DNA of 63,780 nucleotides, filler included, from an uncultured Methanosarcinales archaeon (GTDB lineage: Archaea; Nanobdellota; Nanobdellia; Woesearchaeales; CAZKBD01), in NCBI GenBank assembly GCA_964550945.1. It is 3 parts of 3 records of this genome, joined end to end, with 100 filler letters (N's around TTAATTAATTAA, not from the genome) between each part and the next. Parts side by side here need not be neighbours in the genome. Positions count along the whole stretch, not along the records: positions 29,068 to 57,814 come from CAZKBD010000013.1; 2 more parts are not named here. The stretch is one strand, 5' to 3'. Positions within the stretch are counted from its first letter, which is position 1. Every line of letters starts with the position of its first letter. The notes under the pieces are model-generated. The model searched no databases. It saw only the letters and a program-made list of their open reading frames with translations, and had not been told where the DNA came from. A program made the position numbers and the translations under genes. Shown here one piece after another: positions 41,817 through 52,424 of the stretch.

Positions 41817-42905
41817 CTAACATTTAATCTCCCTGATTATTGCATCAGCCATCTCCTTAGTGCCTACTGCTTTAGGATCATCCCTTGTTGGCTTTAGGTC
41901 ATATGTGACATATTTTCCCTCACGAATAACCTTTGCAACAGATTTTTCTAATCTTTCAGCAGCTTCTTCCTCGTTGATATACCTTAGCATCATCACTGCA
42001 CTCAATATCAAAGCAGTAGGATTTACCTTATTCAGGCCTTTGTATTTTGGCGCAGAGCCATGTGTTGCCTCAAACACAGCATATTTTTCCCCTATATTCG
42101 CTCCTGGAGCAACACCCAATCCTCCAACCAAGCCTGCGCATAAATCAGAGATTATATCTCCATAAAGGTTTGGCAAAACTAAGATATCATAAAGCTCTGG
42201 TTTCTGGACCAGCTGCATGCACATATTATCAACCAAGACATGCTCAAATGCGATATTAGGATAGTTTTTTGCTGTACTCTCTGCAACATGCTGGAATAAT
42301 CCATCTGAAAATTTCATGATGTTTGATTTGGTAATTGCTGTAACCTTTTTTCTTTTATTTTTTACAGCATAATCAAATGCGAATTCTACTATTCTAGCTG
42401 TTCCGAACCTTGATATTGGCTTTATTGATAGTCCTGAATCAGGCCTTATATTCTTTTTAGTCAATGCTTTAATGCTGTCAATTAAATTCTTTGTCTCTTG
42501 CTTTCCCTCTTCAAATTCGATGCCTGCATAAAGGTCTTCTGTATTCTCTCTAACAATGACAATATCCACATTTTCTGGATTTTTTAACAGCGATTTGGCG
42601 CCAGCATAATACCTGCAAGGCCGGACACAGGCGAAAAGGCCTAGCTCCTGCCGCAGCGCAACATTAACACTCCTAAATCCAGAGCCTATTGGAGTAGTTA
42701 GCGGAGCCTTGATAGCCACTTTATTTTTTTTAATGGATTCAATCACCTGCTCAGGCAATGGAGTGCCATATTTGTCCATGACATCAGCTCCTGCTTCCTG
42801 GACATCCCACTCGATATTAACTCCAGTCGCTTCAACGCATCTTTTCATAGCTTCTGCTATCTCTGGTCCAGTGCCATCTCCTTTGATTAATGTTATTTTA
42901 TGCAT
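41817..42905 (-). CDS. icd: Isocitrate dehydrogenase (isocitrate/isopropylmalate DH family)
   Basis: [51 protein letters not shown]. Confidence 0.88.
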   Translation of the reverse strand: MHKITLIKGDGTGPEIAEAMKRCVEATGVNIEWDVQEAGADVMDKYGTPLPEQVIESIKKNKVAIKAPLTTPIGSGFRSVNVALRQELGLFACVRPCRYYAGAKSLLKNPENVDIVIVRENTEDLYAGIEFEEGKQETKNLIDSIKALTKKNIRPDSGLSIKPISRFGTARIVEFAFDYAVKNKRKKVTAITKSNIMKFSDGLFQHVAESTAKNYPNIAFEHVLVDNMCMQLVQKPELYDILVLPNLYGDIISDLCAGLVGGLGVAPGANIGEKYAVFEATHGSAPKYKGLNKVNPTALILSAVMMLRYINEEEAAERLEKSVAKVIREGKYVTYDLKPTRDDPKAVGTKEMADAIIREIKC

Positions 42906-44773
42906 GTTTTAATATGGTTTAATGTTCCTCCTGAGATTATGATAGCTATGTCTCTTGGGCTTAGATCATATCTTAGCTCAATACCTTGGTTAGTAACCAA
43001 ATTTTTTTTATTTTTTAATGATTCTATTATTCTACTGATCTCTATTTTATCATCTTGATTAATCTTATTATAATCCTTTTTATTAACAAATTCTAATGGC
43101 AAAATCCCGAAGTTTATTAAATTTGCCTTATGTATCCTTGCGAATGATTTTGCAATAACTGCCTTGATTCCTAAATACATTGGAGCTAATGCTGCATGTT
43201 CTCTTGAGCTTCCCTGGCCATAATTCTCTCCTCCAACAATAAATCCAGGCTTGTTTTCTCTCGCTCTTTTTGAAAAATTAGCGTCAATATTGCTGAATAC
43301 ATACTCGCTAATCCTAGGAATATGCGATCTTAACGGCAATATCTTTGATCCAGCAGGCATAATATCATCAGTAGTTACATTATCCCCTGTTTTTATAAGA
43401 ACAGTTCCTTTTAAATCATCTTTTAATGGATTATTTAATGGTAATTGAGCTATTAGCTCTCCTCTTTGAATCTTAGAGCTGCCCTTTGGATTTATAATCC
43501 CTTTATCATCTATCACAAATCTAACTGGCATCTTGATTTTAGGGTATTTTCCTAGTTTTCTCGGATCTGTAATCTTTCCATTAATGGCAGCAGCAACAGC
43601 AACCTCTGGGGAGCAAAGGTAGTTTAGGTCATCTTTAGTTCCTGACCTTCCTTTAAAGTTTCTATTGAATGTCCTCAAGGTAGCTGTATCTGGTAAAGGG
43701 CTTTGCCCCATCCCTATGCACCCTAGGCAAGCTGGCTCACAGACCTTTGCTTTTCTTAAATATCCAATCAAGCCTTCTTTTTCTAAACTGTCTATAACTT
43801 GTTTAGAGCCAGGGTTGATATTGAAATCAACATCTTCGCTGATATCATACTCTTTCAAGACATTAGCAACCATTGCTAAATCCTTATAGCTTGAATTAGT
43901 GCAAGAGCCAATAATAACCTGTTTTACATCAATGCCCTCAACTTCACTAACCTTCTTTACATTATCAGGTGAAGAAGGCAATGCTATCAAAGGCTCTATC
44001 TTGCTTAGATCAATCTCAATTATTTCATCAAACTCCTCTTCATTCATTTTTGCTTCTTTCCAATCAATCTCTCTGTTTTGCGCAATTAAAAATTCTTTAG
44101 TAACGCTGTCAGACGGGAATACCGAGCTTGTAAGCCCTAGTTCAGCACCCATATTTGTGATTGTTGCTCTTTCTGGAACAGTTAATGTTTTAACTCCTTC
44201 TCCAAAATATTCAAATATTTTGCCAACCCCCCCTTTAACTGTTAATTTTTTTAGGATATGCAGGATTATATCTTTTGCAGAAACCCAGTCATTCAATCTT
44301 CCCTTAAGTTTTATCCCTACTATTTTTGGCATCTTTAGGTAAAAAGGATATCCAGCCATGGCAGCAGCAATATCTAAACCACCTGCTCCAATTGCTATGC
44401 TTCCAATGCCTCCTGCAGTAGGCGTATGGGAATCAGAGCCCACTAATGTTAGGCCAGGCTTGGCAAACCTTTCTAAATGGACCTGATGGCAAATGCCATT
44501 GCCAGGCTCTGAGAACACTATTCCATATCTATCTGCAAATGTCCTAAGAAACTCAATATTTTGCCTGCCTGTTTCAGATATATTATGGTCAACATAGCTT
44601 ACAGATAATTTTGTCTTAACTTTTGGAATGCCTAATGCCTCGAACTGCAGATAAGCCATTGTCCCGGTTGCATCCTGTGTTAAGGTCTGGTCTATTCTTA
44701 TCCCAATTTCATGGCCTTCCTCTAACTTGCCCTCAACTAAATGGACTTTTAATATATCTTTTGTTACTGACAT
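42893..44773 (-). CDS. acn: Aconitate hydratase
   Basis: QDATG, GICHQ, DSHT, GSCTN, CLGCIG, FNRNF, TTDDI, GSSREHA. Confidence 0.93.
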   Translation of the reverse strand: MSVTKDILKVHLVEGKLEEGHEIGIRIDQTLTQDATGTMAYLQFEALGIPKVKTKLSVSYVDHNISETGRQNIEFLRTFADRYGIVFSEPGNGICHQVHLERFAKPGLTLVGSDSHTPTAGGIGSIAIGAGGLDIAAAMAGYPFYLKMPKIVGIKLKGRLNDWVSAKDIILHILKKLTVKGGVGKIFEYFGEGVKTLTVPERATITNMGAELGLTSSVFPSDSVTKEFLIAQNREIDWKEAKMNEEEFDEIIEIDLSKIEPLIALPSSPDNVKKVSEVEGIDVKQVIIGSCTNSSYKDLAMVANVLKEYDISEDVDFNINPGSKQVIDSLEKEGLIGYLRKAKVCEPACLGCIGMGQSPLPDTATLRTFNRNFKGRSGTKDDLNYLCSPEVAVAAAINGKITDPRKLGKYPKIKMPVRFVIDDKGIINPKGSSKIQRGELIAQLPLNNPLKDDLKGTVLIKTGDNVTTDDIMPAGSKILPLRSHIPRISEYVFSNIDANFSKRARENKPGFIVGGENYGQGSSREHAALAPMYLGIKAVIAKSFARIHKANLINFGILPLEFVNKKDYNKINQDDKIEISRIIESLKNKKNLVTNQGIELRYDLSPRDIAIIISGGTLNHIKTCIK

Positions 44774-44796
44774 GCTTAAGAAAAATAGGTGATATT

Positions 44797-45297
44797 TTAT
44801 AAACTTTTCCTAGCATTAATGAAGAACTCCTTTTGAGCCAGATAATCAGGAAATGTATGCCTGAAAGAGATCACATCATTTTTCTTGAACATAAAAATCA
44901 TATGCCCAAAGATGCCATTTCCTAAACAAATCTTGTACGGCTGTTCTTTTAGTGAAGCCATGATTAGATTGTCTTTTGTCATATATCCTGGGTCAATATT
45001 TACGATTCTTTTGTTTCTTTTCTTTAATTTATCCTCTAAATCTTGCGTATAAATCCTTATCTTCACCAATTCCTCTCTGTTTATCGTTTTTTTAAAAATA
45101 ATGAACCTTTTTTTTAATGATTTCCCAAACTCGGCCTCATAATAATCAGTGAAATTAAAGTCAAACTCCTCACTCTCAAATTCAATCCCACCGAATTTTT
45201 TGATTAATATCTCTCTAACTTTCCTTAAATCATCCTCGCTGGAATACATCAGGGCCATTACTAAGCGAGCTTTTGAAATCTCTTTAAATTCTGCCAT
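44797..45297 (-). CDS. DUF4416-family protein
   Basis: FTDYYEAEFG, RIVNIDPGY, TFPDY. Confidence 0.8.
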   Translation of the reverse strand: MAEFKEISKARLVMALMYSSEDDLRKVREILIKKFGGIEFESEEFDFNFTDYYEAEFGKSLKKRFIIFKKTINREELVKIRIYTQDLEDKLKKRNKRIVNIDPGYMTKDNLIMASLKEQPYKICLGNGIFGHMIFMFKKNDVISFRHTFPDYLAQKEFFINARKSL

Positions 45298-45468
45298 AAC
45301 CACTAGTATTGTCTACTAATATAAAAGAATAACTGTTGCAACATTATAGAAGAATTTATCCTGGCATAATCAATCAACCAACTCTGTCAAACGTATCCAG
45401 GTTTTCATCAATACGCCTTCTTAAGAATCTGCTGCTTTCATGCCAGATCCTATTAGCATACCTGTTTT

Positions 45469-45596
45469 GATATGTCAGAAATATACTGGCCGTCTAATTG
45501 ACTGATGGACAAAGTCCAATACATTTGGTGATTATAGTATATTTATGAGCATGCTCAAGAACACGCCCCCTACTTTAGTGGGGCGGTTCTTGACAT
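45469..45596. mobile_element. Twin-hairpin palindromic element, copy 2 (centre TGAGCATGCTCA 45546-45557)
   Basis: TCAGAAATATACT/AGTATATTTATGA and TCAAGAAC-A-CGCCCC/GGGGCG-GTTCTTGA stems; same GATATGTCAGAAA end as copy 1. Confidence 0.7.
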
Positions 45597-45734
45597 TGGT
45601 AAGCTAATGGCTTGTTAATAACAGGAGAATATGTTAAGTTGGAGATATAGCATATTTAGCTAAGGCTGTTCTGCATTACGACTCAAATGTGGTAGAAAGG
45701 TTTATTAACTATACGGGATTCCTACATAAACTGA

Positions 45735-47003
45735 ATGGAAACTGCTACTGAAATATCCTCAGAAGAACTTACGGAAAGAGTTCTAGATTGGGAAATAGGC
45801 AAAGAATTTCTCACACCGAGGGATGGAGTTATTCTTAGAGTTGAAGGTTATGATTTTCGGCATGAAATTACTCATTGCACTAACCATAGTATAGATCAGG
45901 CAATTTTAGCTTTATCAGCTGCTGCATTAGGTCATGATGATGTAGCAAAAAAAGCATTAGGTGTAGTAATGAATAGAAAATCAACGTTATACAATGATGA
46001 TGCTGGGAATCCAAAAACACTTATGAGAAAAGAAGATGGTTTAGTATTAGACCATCTATCCTATTCAGATTGTATTGCCAATCTTCCTGTCCAGTTCTTC
46101 TGGGCATTAGCTTTAAATAGGGCAGGAAACGCTTCGCAAGTAAGCTTAGCTAGAAGAATTTTGGATAAGGTAGAAAAAGAACATCTTTTCCCGAAAGATG
46201 GATTGATTGATAAACCAGATTTTTTTGATGTAACTGGGAAAAGAATTTTTGGAGAGGGAACTCATCAATATACTGCAGAAGTAAATACTGCTTATGCTCT
46301 TGCTGTAACTGCAATAAGGGGTAGCAGACAAGGGCAAAGAGTTATTGATAATATCAGAAGCTCGCCTTTGTATGATACGGGCACAGGCTTATTGGTTTCT
46401 GATTTTGCGGAAAAATCAGCACCTTATAGTGTATTAGTTGACGGGATTCTTTCTTATTTGGTTCGTAACCATGCGGAAAAACCAGAATTTCATAATGTAG
46501 CTGATAGGATTTATCCTTTTGAAAATGTTTGGTATGCATTTACATTAGGCGCACAAGGATCAGTTAAAGAAGGCAGGGAAGTATTTGAAAGAATGGAACA
46601 AGCAGGATGTTATCTTGATTCAGGATTATATGCTTCATTTGTGAGTATTAAAAGTGACAAACCTGAGACATATAGCGGATTTTGCAAAGAAGCGTTGAAT
46701 GCTTGTGTAATTGGAGTAATTGCAATGAAACTCTTAGGGTTGAATGAAGAAGCAGAAAGGATGTCTGAAGCCTTGAGAGGTATGCCTGATAATCTGCCTT
46801 GGAGGTCATCATGTATCGATCCTGCTTATGATCCTTCAACTGGATTATTATATAATGGGACCACCAACTTTGGTAACCTAGTAGGTGAATTTTCACCAGT
46901 TGGCGGCGTAGTAGGCGAATTTTCACATAATCCCTCTCTAAATTGCCTTTGGGCAGTTAGTCAGCATGAAAGAGCTCCTCAATCATTCATTGTCAGGAGA
47001 TAA
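45735..47003 (+). CDS. Hypothetical protein, possible alpha/alpha-toroid (six-hairpin glycosidase-like) fold
   Basis: Repeated (D/E/N)xxxxxAL helices followed by YDxxTGLL turns. Confidence 0.6.
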   Translation: METATEISSEELTERVLDWEIGKEFLTPRDGVILRVEGYDFRHEITHCTNHSIDQAILALSAAALGHDDVAKKALGVVMNRKSTLYNDDAGNPKTLMRKEDGLVLDHLSYSDCIANLPVQFFWALALNRAGNASQVSLARRILDKVEKEHLFPKDGLIDKPDFFDVTGKRIFGEGTHQYTAEVNTAYALAVTAIRGSRQGQRVIDNIRSSPLYDTGTGLLVSDFAEKSAPYSVLVDGILSYLVRNHAEKPEFHNVADRIYPFENVWYAFTLGAQGSVKEGREVFERMEQAGCYLDSGLYASFVSIKSDKPETYSGFCKEALNACVIGVIAMKLLGLNEEAERMSEALRGMPDNLPWRSSCIDPAYDPSTGLLYNGTTNFGNLVGEFSPVGGVVGEFSHNPSLNCLWAVSQHERAPQSFIVRR

Positions 47004-47179
47004 TAATTATTCTTATCACACTCAAAAATTTTAAATTTGCGATGAATCAATTTAGTGAAGTTAGCTATGCTTTAAGAGGTTTTAACATTCTTAAGATCAG
47101 TGCCTTGCCGCATTGAGATTCAAAATTCTTAGTTAGATTATCAACCTTTTTAAATAGAGCCGTATTTTATGGATATGCT

Positions 47180-48718
47180 ATGATAGGCTTTCAGAATGCT
47201 AATTTTACGCTTCCAGAAGAAACTAAAGATAGCTTAAACTCTATAAAACTTAAATTAAAAACTTTGCTAATCAATTCAATAAAAACCTCTGCTCCGAAAG
47301 ATAGATTTGGAATATTGTTTTCTGGCGGAATTGATTCAGTATTCATCGCCTATGTTTGCAAGCAGCTGAACTTAGATTTTGTTTGCTACACATCTGCAGT
47401 TTCTGATAAAAGGATAACAGAAGCCCAAGACCTAATCTGGGCAAAAAAAGCAGCAGAAGAATTAAATCTAAAACTAAAGATTAGAAAAATTAATCTAAAG
47501 CAAACTGAAAAATATATACAAAAAATAATCAAAACAATTAATGATTCAAATGTTGTTAAAGTTGGGGTTGCCTTGCCTTTATTCCTTGCGATGGAACACT
47601 CAAAAAAGGACAAGATTAAAGTTATGTTCTCAGGCCTTGGTTCAGAAGAGATATTTGCAGGCTATGAACGGCATGTTAAATCAGAAGACATAAACAATGA
47701 ATGTGTTAATGGCCTAAACAATATCTACAATAGGGATCTAACCAGAGATTTAGCAATCTCAAAATCAAATAATATTGAGCTAAGATTACCATTTTTAGAA
47801 AAAGATTTGATAGACTATTCCCTTAAAATACCTTCAAAATACAAAATAGAAGGCAACATAAAAAAATATATCTTAAGATTAGTTGCACAAGACATCGGAA
47901 TCCCCTCAGAGCTTGCCTTCAGGCCAAAAAAAGCAGCGCAGTATGGCTCAAAATTTGATAAAGCAATAGAAGTTCTTTCAAAAAAGGCTGGCTTTAAGAG
48001 AAAATCTGATTATCTTGATACATTAAATCCCAACCCTCATCTTGCAGCTCTGATAAGTGGAGGTAAAGATAGCTTATACGCTACGTATTTAATGAAAAAT
48101 AAAGGATTTCCGATAAAATGTATTGTAACCTTAAAAAGCAAAAACCCTGATTCTTATATGTTCCATACACCCAATGTTGATTTAGTAAAACTTCAAGCTG
48201 AATCAATGCAGATTCCCTTGATAGAACAAGAGACAGAAGGAGAGAAAGAAAAGGAATTGAAAGATTTAAAAAAAGCAATTGAAAAAGCAAAGAAAGAATA
48301 TAAAATCCGAGGTATCGTTACAGGCGCTCTATTCTCAACATACCAAAAAGAAAGGGTTGAAAAAATCTGCAAACAATTGAAAATAAAATGTTATTCTCCA
48401 TTGTGGCATAAAGGCCAGGAAGAACTGTTGAAGGAATTATTGGTTAATAATTTTGAAGTAATAATCACTTCAATAGCAGCAGAAGGATTAGATGCAGGAT
48501 GGTTAAATAAACAAATCGATAATGGCATAATCAATAAATTGGTTAACATAAACAAAAAAATCGGCATAAACCTAGCTGGCGAAGGCGGCGAATACGAATC
48601 ATTAGTTCTTAACTGCCCATTATTCCATAAAAAACTAAAAATAATTGATTCAGAAATAATTGAAGAGAATAAAAACACAGCAAAATTAAAAATAAAAAAG
48701 GCTGAATTGATTATCTAG
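47180..48718 (+). CDS. Asparagine-synthetase-like domain fused to diphthine--ammonia ligase (Dph6)
   Basis: FSGGIDS, SGLGSEEIFAGY, RPKKAAQYGS; then ISGGKDS, SYMFH, GEGGEYES. Confidence 0.88.
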   Translation: MIGFQNANFTLPEETKDSLNSIKLKLKTLLINSIKTSAPKDRFGILFSGGIDSVFIAYVCKQLNLDFVCYTSAVSDKRITEAQDLIWAKKAAEELNLKLKIRKINLKQTEKYIQKIIKTINDSNVVKVGVALPLFLAMEHSKKDKIKVMFSGLGSEEIFAGYERHVKSEDINNECVNGLNNIYNRDLTRDLAISKSNNIELRLPFLEKDLIDYSLKIPSKYKIEGNIKKYILRLVAQDIGIPSELAFRPKKAAQYGSKFDKAIEVLSKKAGFKRKSDYLDTLNPNPHLAALISGGKDSLYATYLMKNKGFPIKCIVTLKSKNPDSYMFHTPNVDLVKLQAESMQIPLIEQETEGEKEKELKDLKKAIEKAKKEYKIRGIVTGALFSTYQKERVEKICKQLKIKCYSPLWHKGQEELLKELLVNNFEVIITSIAAEGLDAGWLNKQIDNGIINKLVNINKKIGINLAGEGGEYESLVLNCPLFHKKLKIIDSEIIEENKNTAKLKIKKAELII

Positions 48719-49703
48719 CGGCTAAAAGATTGTCAACTTCTCGGTTAATACGCACTGCGTCATTCCCAAATCTTATGTAATCTGCACCTACTGGTTGAGT
48801 CAATCCTGCAGCAACATCTCTCGGATAGGCATGCAATGCACTTATCATTGTCTTTAAAATTGGTGCTTCGCCGCCAAATTTCTTAGCATGTTCCCAAAGG
48901 ACTGGGCTAAATACCTGGTTTATAAGATACTCTTGAATCTTTTCTGCCCTATCATAATCACCTTTTAGGGCTGCATCATAGATTGCTCTTTCTGCTAATG
49001 CAATAGGCAAGAGGTTTGAAGCTCCTGAGATATAGCCAATTAGCAAACCATAAGCTGCAGCTCTCATTTCTTTAAAACATTTAGCTAGATGAGCATCATT
49101 TCCTGGAAAATATTGCACTTTTGGGCTAGACCATCTCCCCTCAGCATAAGCAGAGACTAAATCAGTCAGCAAAACAGGTTGCGCTGCAGAGTCTTTTACA
49201 CCAATAATCTGACCCTTTACCTCTGTATTTATTTGATCTATCAGTGCGGCATCAAAAGCAAAACCACCGACCATCCTTCCCGGGAAATTATATACTATTA
49301 ATGGTTTATCGGTAGTTCCAGCTATGTCCATGAACATCTTACTAATCATACTTGCATCAACATCCTCTTGCATTGGTGGCGCCACTAAAAAAGCATCAAC
49401 AGGCAGATCTTTGGCTGCATCAATCTGCTCAAATATGTCATTCGTTGTTCTCCTCATTACACCGCAAATAACTTCTAGACCTCTAAGCTCCTTTTTACAA
49501 TCCAAAGCAACTTCTAACATATCCTCTCTTTGCTGTGGAGTTAAAGCAAATCCAGAACCAGTAGTTCCAATAGGAACGATAACTCTAAAACCATCGTCAT
49601 AAAGCTGTTGAATATGCCCATCAGCATCTTCCTTATCAACTGCCCCATCACGCAAAGGCGTAACCAGTGCAATCATTGGTCCTTCAAATGTTTTTTGTGC
49701 CAT
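48711..49703 (-). CDS. DapA/N-acetylneuraminate lyase family class I aldolase
   Basis: ALVTP, GTTG, IVYNFP, Schiff-base GVKDS. Confidence 0.85.
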   Translation of the reverse strand: MAQKTFEGPMIALVTPLRDGAVDKEDADGHIQQLYDDGFRVIVPIGTTGSGFALTPQQREDMLEVALDCKKELRGLEVICGVMRRTTNDIFEQIDAAKDLPVDAFLVAPPMQEDVDASMISKMFMDIAGTTDKPLIVYNFPGRMVGGFAFDAALIDQINTEVKGQIIGVKDSAAQPVLLTDLVSAYAEGRWSSPKVQYFPGNDAHLAKCFKEMRAAAYGLLIGYISGASNLLPIALAERAIYDAALKGDYDRAEKIQEYLINQVFSPVLWEHAKKFGGEAPILKTMISALHAYPRDVAAGLTQPVGADYIRFGNDAVRINREVDNLLAAR

Positions 49704-49868
49704 TATTATCCCTCATATAAACTTTTAATCTACAAATGCTTGTTTATTTAAATAATTTTTGTAAAAATACCATTTTAGAATGGTAATAACTAGAATTAAG
49801 TGCTCTCTAAATGCTCCCTTATATGATATTTCTTTATCTCAAAAACCAAAACATTTATATATAAATAT

Positions 49869-50744
49869 ATGATAACCTATTATCATAAAATGGAAAATTT
49901 AATAACCATTGATGCTGTAAGGAAAAACGAATCTCAGTTAAGGAGAAGGATATTCACTGAACTGCAGCTGACTATCCTAAAAAAGAAACTGCAGAAAAAA
50001 CCTCTCAATATAAACGAAAAAACTTATTATTATAGATACATAAAACCAAAATTAAGGGCTATGATATCCTTCTTTAACATAGATGAGGTCAACATTAAAG
50101 GAAAGGACTGCATGATTGAAAAGCGGATTCCTAAAGCGTTAAAAATACTTAATCAAATAAGGAAAAAGCACAAAAGCAAAAAAATCATAATATCCGGATC
50201 CTTCCTCTTCAACACACATTATAATGATATTGACATTTTTATATTCACAAAATACAATAAAGAGGATTACAAAAAAGGCAAGATTCATGTAAATTTCATT
50301 CCAGAATCTTCCATTAATTCCCTCTTTTTCAGTTCACTTTCACAGATAAGCATCAGCAATTTTGCATATGCGCCTAAAAAAGAGTTTGACATAAACATAG
50401 ATGGCATCTTACACACTTACGAGCTTCTGATTAACCACATCTTAAACAAAGAGGAACATCAAAAAGAATTAAGAGACTTTTTGCTTCAAATAGAATATCT
50501 CTCTAAAAATGTGGTTCTTGATCCAAAGCAGCTTTACAATCTTAAGAAAAAAGCTAGTGATATTAAGCTGATTTCAAACGCCCTCATCAATGCATTAATA
50601 TTCAGTTATGATAAAAAAAATTTAAAAACCCATTTAAACCAATACATTGGAGATTATTATGGGTTATTGCGTAAATACAAACAATCCAAGAACCTGGGTG
50701 TATATATTGACACCTACAAAGAGGCGATAGAACTTGCAGCATGA
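49869..50744 (+). CDS. Nucleotidyltransferase (MNT-like) domain protein
   Basis: SGSFL-x6-DIDIFI; start may be ATG 49890. Confidence 0.7.
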   Translation: MITYYHKMENLITIDAVRKNESQLRRRIFTELQLTILKKKLQKKPLNINEKTYYYRYIKPKLRAMISFFNIDEVNIKGKDCMIEKRIPKALKILNQIRKKHKSKKIIISGSFLFNTHYNDIDIFIFTKYNKEDYKKGKIHVNFIPESSINSLFFSSLSQISISNFAYAPKKEFDINIDGILHTYELLINHILNKEEHQKELRDFLLQIEYLSKNVVLDPKQLYNLKKKASDIKLISNALINALIFSYDKKNLKTHLNQYIGDYYGLLRKYKQSKNLGVYIDTYKEAIELAA

Positions 50745-51051
50745 AGAAGCCAGAAAGATTATCCAAACAATACTTGAAAGCGATGTCAAATTTGAAGGCC
50801 ATTTCAATAAATGCTTTAACAACTTAAAAGAAACGCAGCAGCAGGAGCTTATTGAATGGGTAAAAAATTGCAAAGAATATAAGGCTAACCCAATACAATC
50901 CAAACAAGACCGCGATTTAATTGGTTTTGTTAAGAGATTTGGAAGTAATTTAAGGGCAATCCTAACAAAAGAAAAAGAAGGATATTTTATAGTCTTGTTT
51001 TTAGATAAGCACAAATATTATGAAATCGAGATGCTGAAATTAGGGTTTTAG
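50734..51051 (+). CDS. Small protein, possible RelE/ParE-fold toxin
   Basis: Overlaps the upstream stop; HFNKCFNNL, LRAI, DKHKYYE pattern; TTG start. Confidence 0.55.
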   Translation: MQHEEARKIIQTILESDVKFEGHFNKCFNNLKETQQQELIEWVKNCKEYKANPIQSKQDRDLIGFVKRFGSNLRAILTKEKEGYFIVLFLDKHKYYEIEMLKLGF

Positions 51052-51057
51052 CTAAAA

Positions 51058-52398
51058 TCAAGTCGTCTCAAAATACTTATCCAATTCCCATTTTGTTACC
51101 TGAAGCCTGAATTCATCAAACTCGGCTTTCTTAGCAGCAATGTATATTGGATATGTATGGCTGCCTAATGCCTCCTGGATCATCTTATCTTTCTTCAAAG
51201 CTTCCATTGCTTCTCCTAATGAGCCAGGTAATGTGTCAATATTATGGGTTTTTAAGCTTGCTTCATCAAACTCATAAACATCCTCTTCAACAGGTTTTGG
51301 AGGCTCTAATTTTTGCTTAATGCCATCTAACCCAGCTTTCAGCATTACTGCAAACGCCAAGTATGGATTGCAGCTTGGGTCAGGGCATCTCAATTCTGCC
51401 CTTGTAGCTTGTTCTCTTCCAGGGCTGTATCTTGGTATTCTGATTAAAGCGCTTCTATTAATCTGAGCCCAGCAGATATAAACCGGAGCTTCAAAACCAG
51501 GCACTAATCTCTTGTAAGAATTTACTTTAGGAGCTACAACAGCTGCCATTGCTTTAACATGTTTCAGTTGTCCAGCAATGAAACTCTTTGCTATCTTGCT
51601 TAGTTTATAGCTGTCATTTGCATCAAAAAATGCGTTCTTTCCTGTTTTGATGTCAAACAAGCTTTGGTGTACATGCATTCCTGATCCATTAATGCCAAAT
51701 ATAGGCTTGGGCATAAATGTCGCATAAATCCCATGTTTATTTGCAATTGACTTAACAACATGCTTGAATGTTATTGCGCGGTCTGCCTGTTTTAGAGCAT
51801 AACCATATTTGAAATCTATCTCATGCTGGCCTGGAGCAACTTCATGATGTGACATCTCTACTTCCATTCCCATTGATTCTAACACCAGTACAACATCTCT
51901 TCTCACATCGCCAGCCAAATCTCTAGGTGAAAAATCAAAATAACCAGCTGCATCATGCGGCACAGGAATAACCTCTCCAGCTTCCCTTGGTTTAAATAAG
52001 AAAAATTCAAGCTCAGGCCCAACCATATATTCAAAACCCAATTCTTCTGCTTCTTTCAGAGCTTTCCTTAGTATGTATCTTGGATCGCCCTCAAATGGCT
52101 TTCCATCAGGAGTGTACACATCACAGATGAATCTTGCTGTTTTAGGCTCTTCCCAAGGCAATACAGCATAAGTTTCTGGATCTGGCTTCAAGTACATATC
52201 AGATTCAGCTATCCTTGTAAATCCTTCTATGGAGCTTCCATCAAACCATGTTCCTTTTTCCAATGATTCTGCGAGCTTATGCATAGGTATTGTGACAGCT
52301 TTTATGCTTCCATGCAGATCCGTAAACTGAAGCTGCACAAATTTTACACCATCTTCTTCTGCTTTATCCAATGCTTTTTTATTAAGGTCTTCTTTCAT
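51058..52398 (-). CDS. glnA: Glutamine synthetase type I
   Basis: FDGSSIEG, GPELEFF, HHEVAPGQHE, NGSGMHVHQS, NRSALIRIP, ELRCPD. Confidence 0.97.
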   Translation of the reverse strand: MKEDLNKKALDKAEEDGVKFVQLQFTDLHGSIKAVTIPMHKLAESLEKGTWFDGSSIEGFTRIAESDMYLKPDPETYAVLPWEEPKTARFICDVYTPDGKPFEGDPRYILRKALKEAEELGFEYMVGPELEFFLFKPREAGEVIPVPHDAAGYFDFSPRDLAGDVRRDVVLVLESMGMEVEMSHHEVAPGQHEIDFKYGYALKQADRAITFKHVVKSIANKHGIYATFMPKPIFGINGSGMHVHQSLFDIKTGKNAFFDANDSYKLSKIAKSFIAGQLKHVKAMAAVVAPKVNSYKRLVPGFEAPVYICWAQINRSALIRIPRYSPGREQATRAELRCPDPSCNPYLAFAVMLKAGLDGIKQKLEPPKPVEEDVYEFDEASLKTHNIDTLPGSLGEAMEALKKDKMIQEALGSHTYPIYIAAKKAEFDEFRLQVTKWELDKYFETT

Positions 52399-52424
52399 TT
52401 TATTTCACCTGTTTTGTTTTTTAT

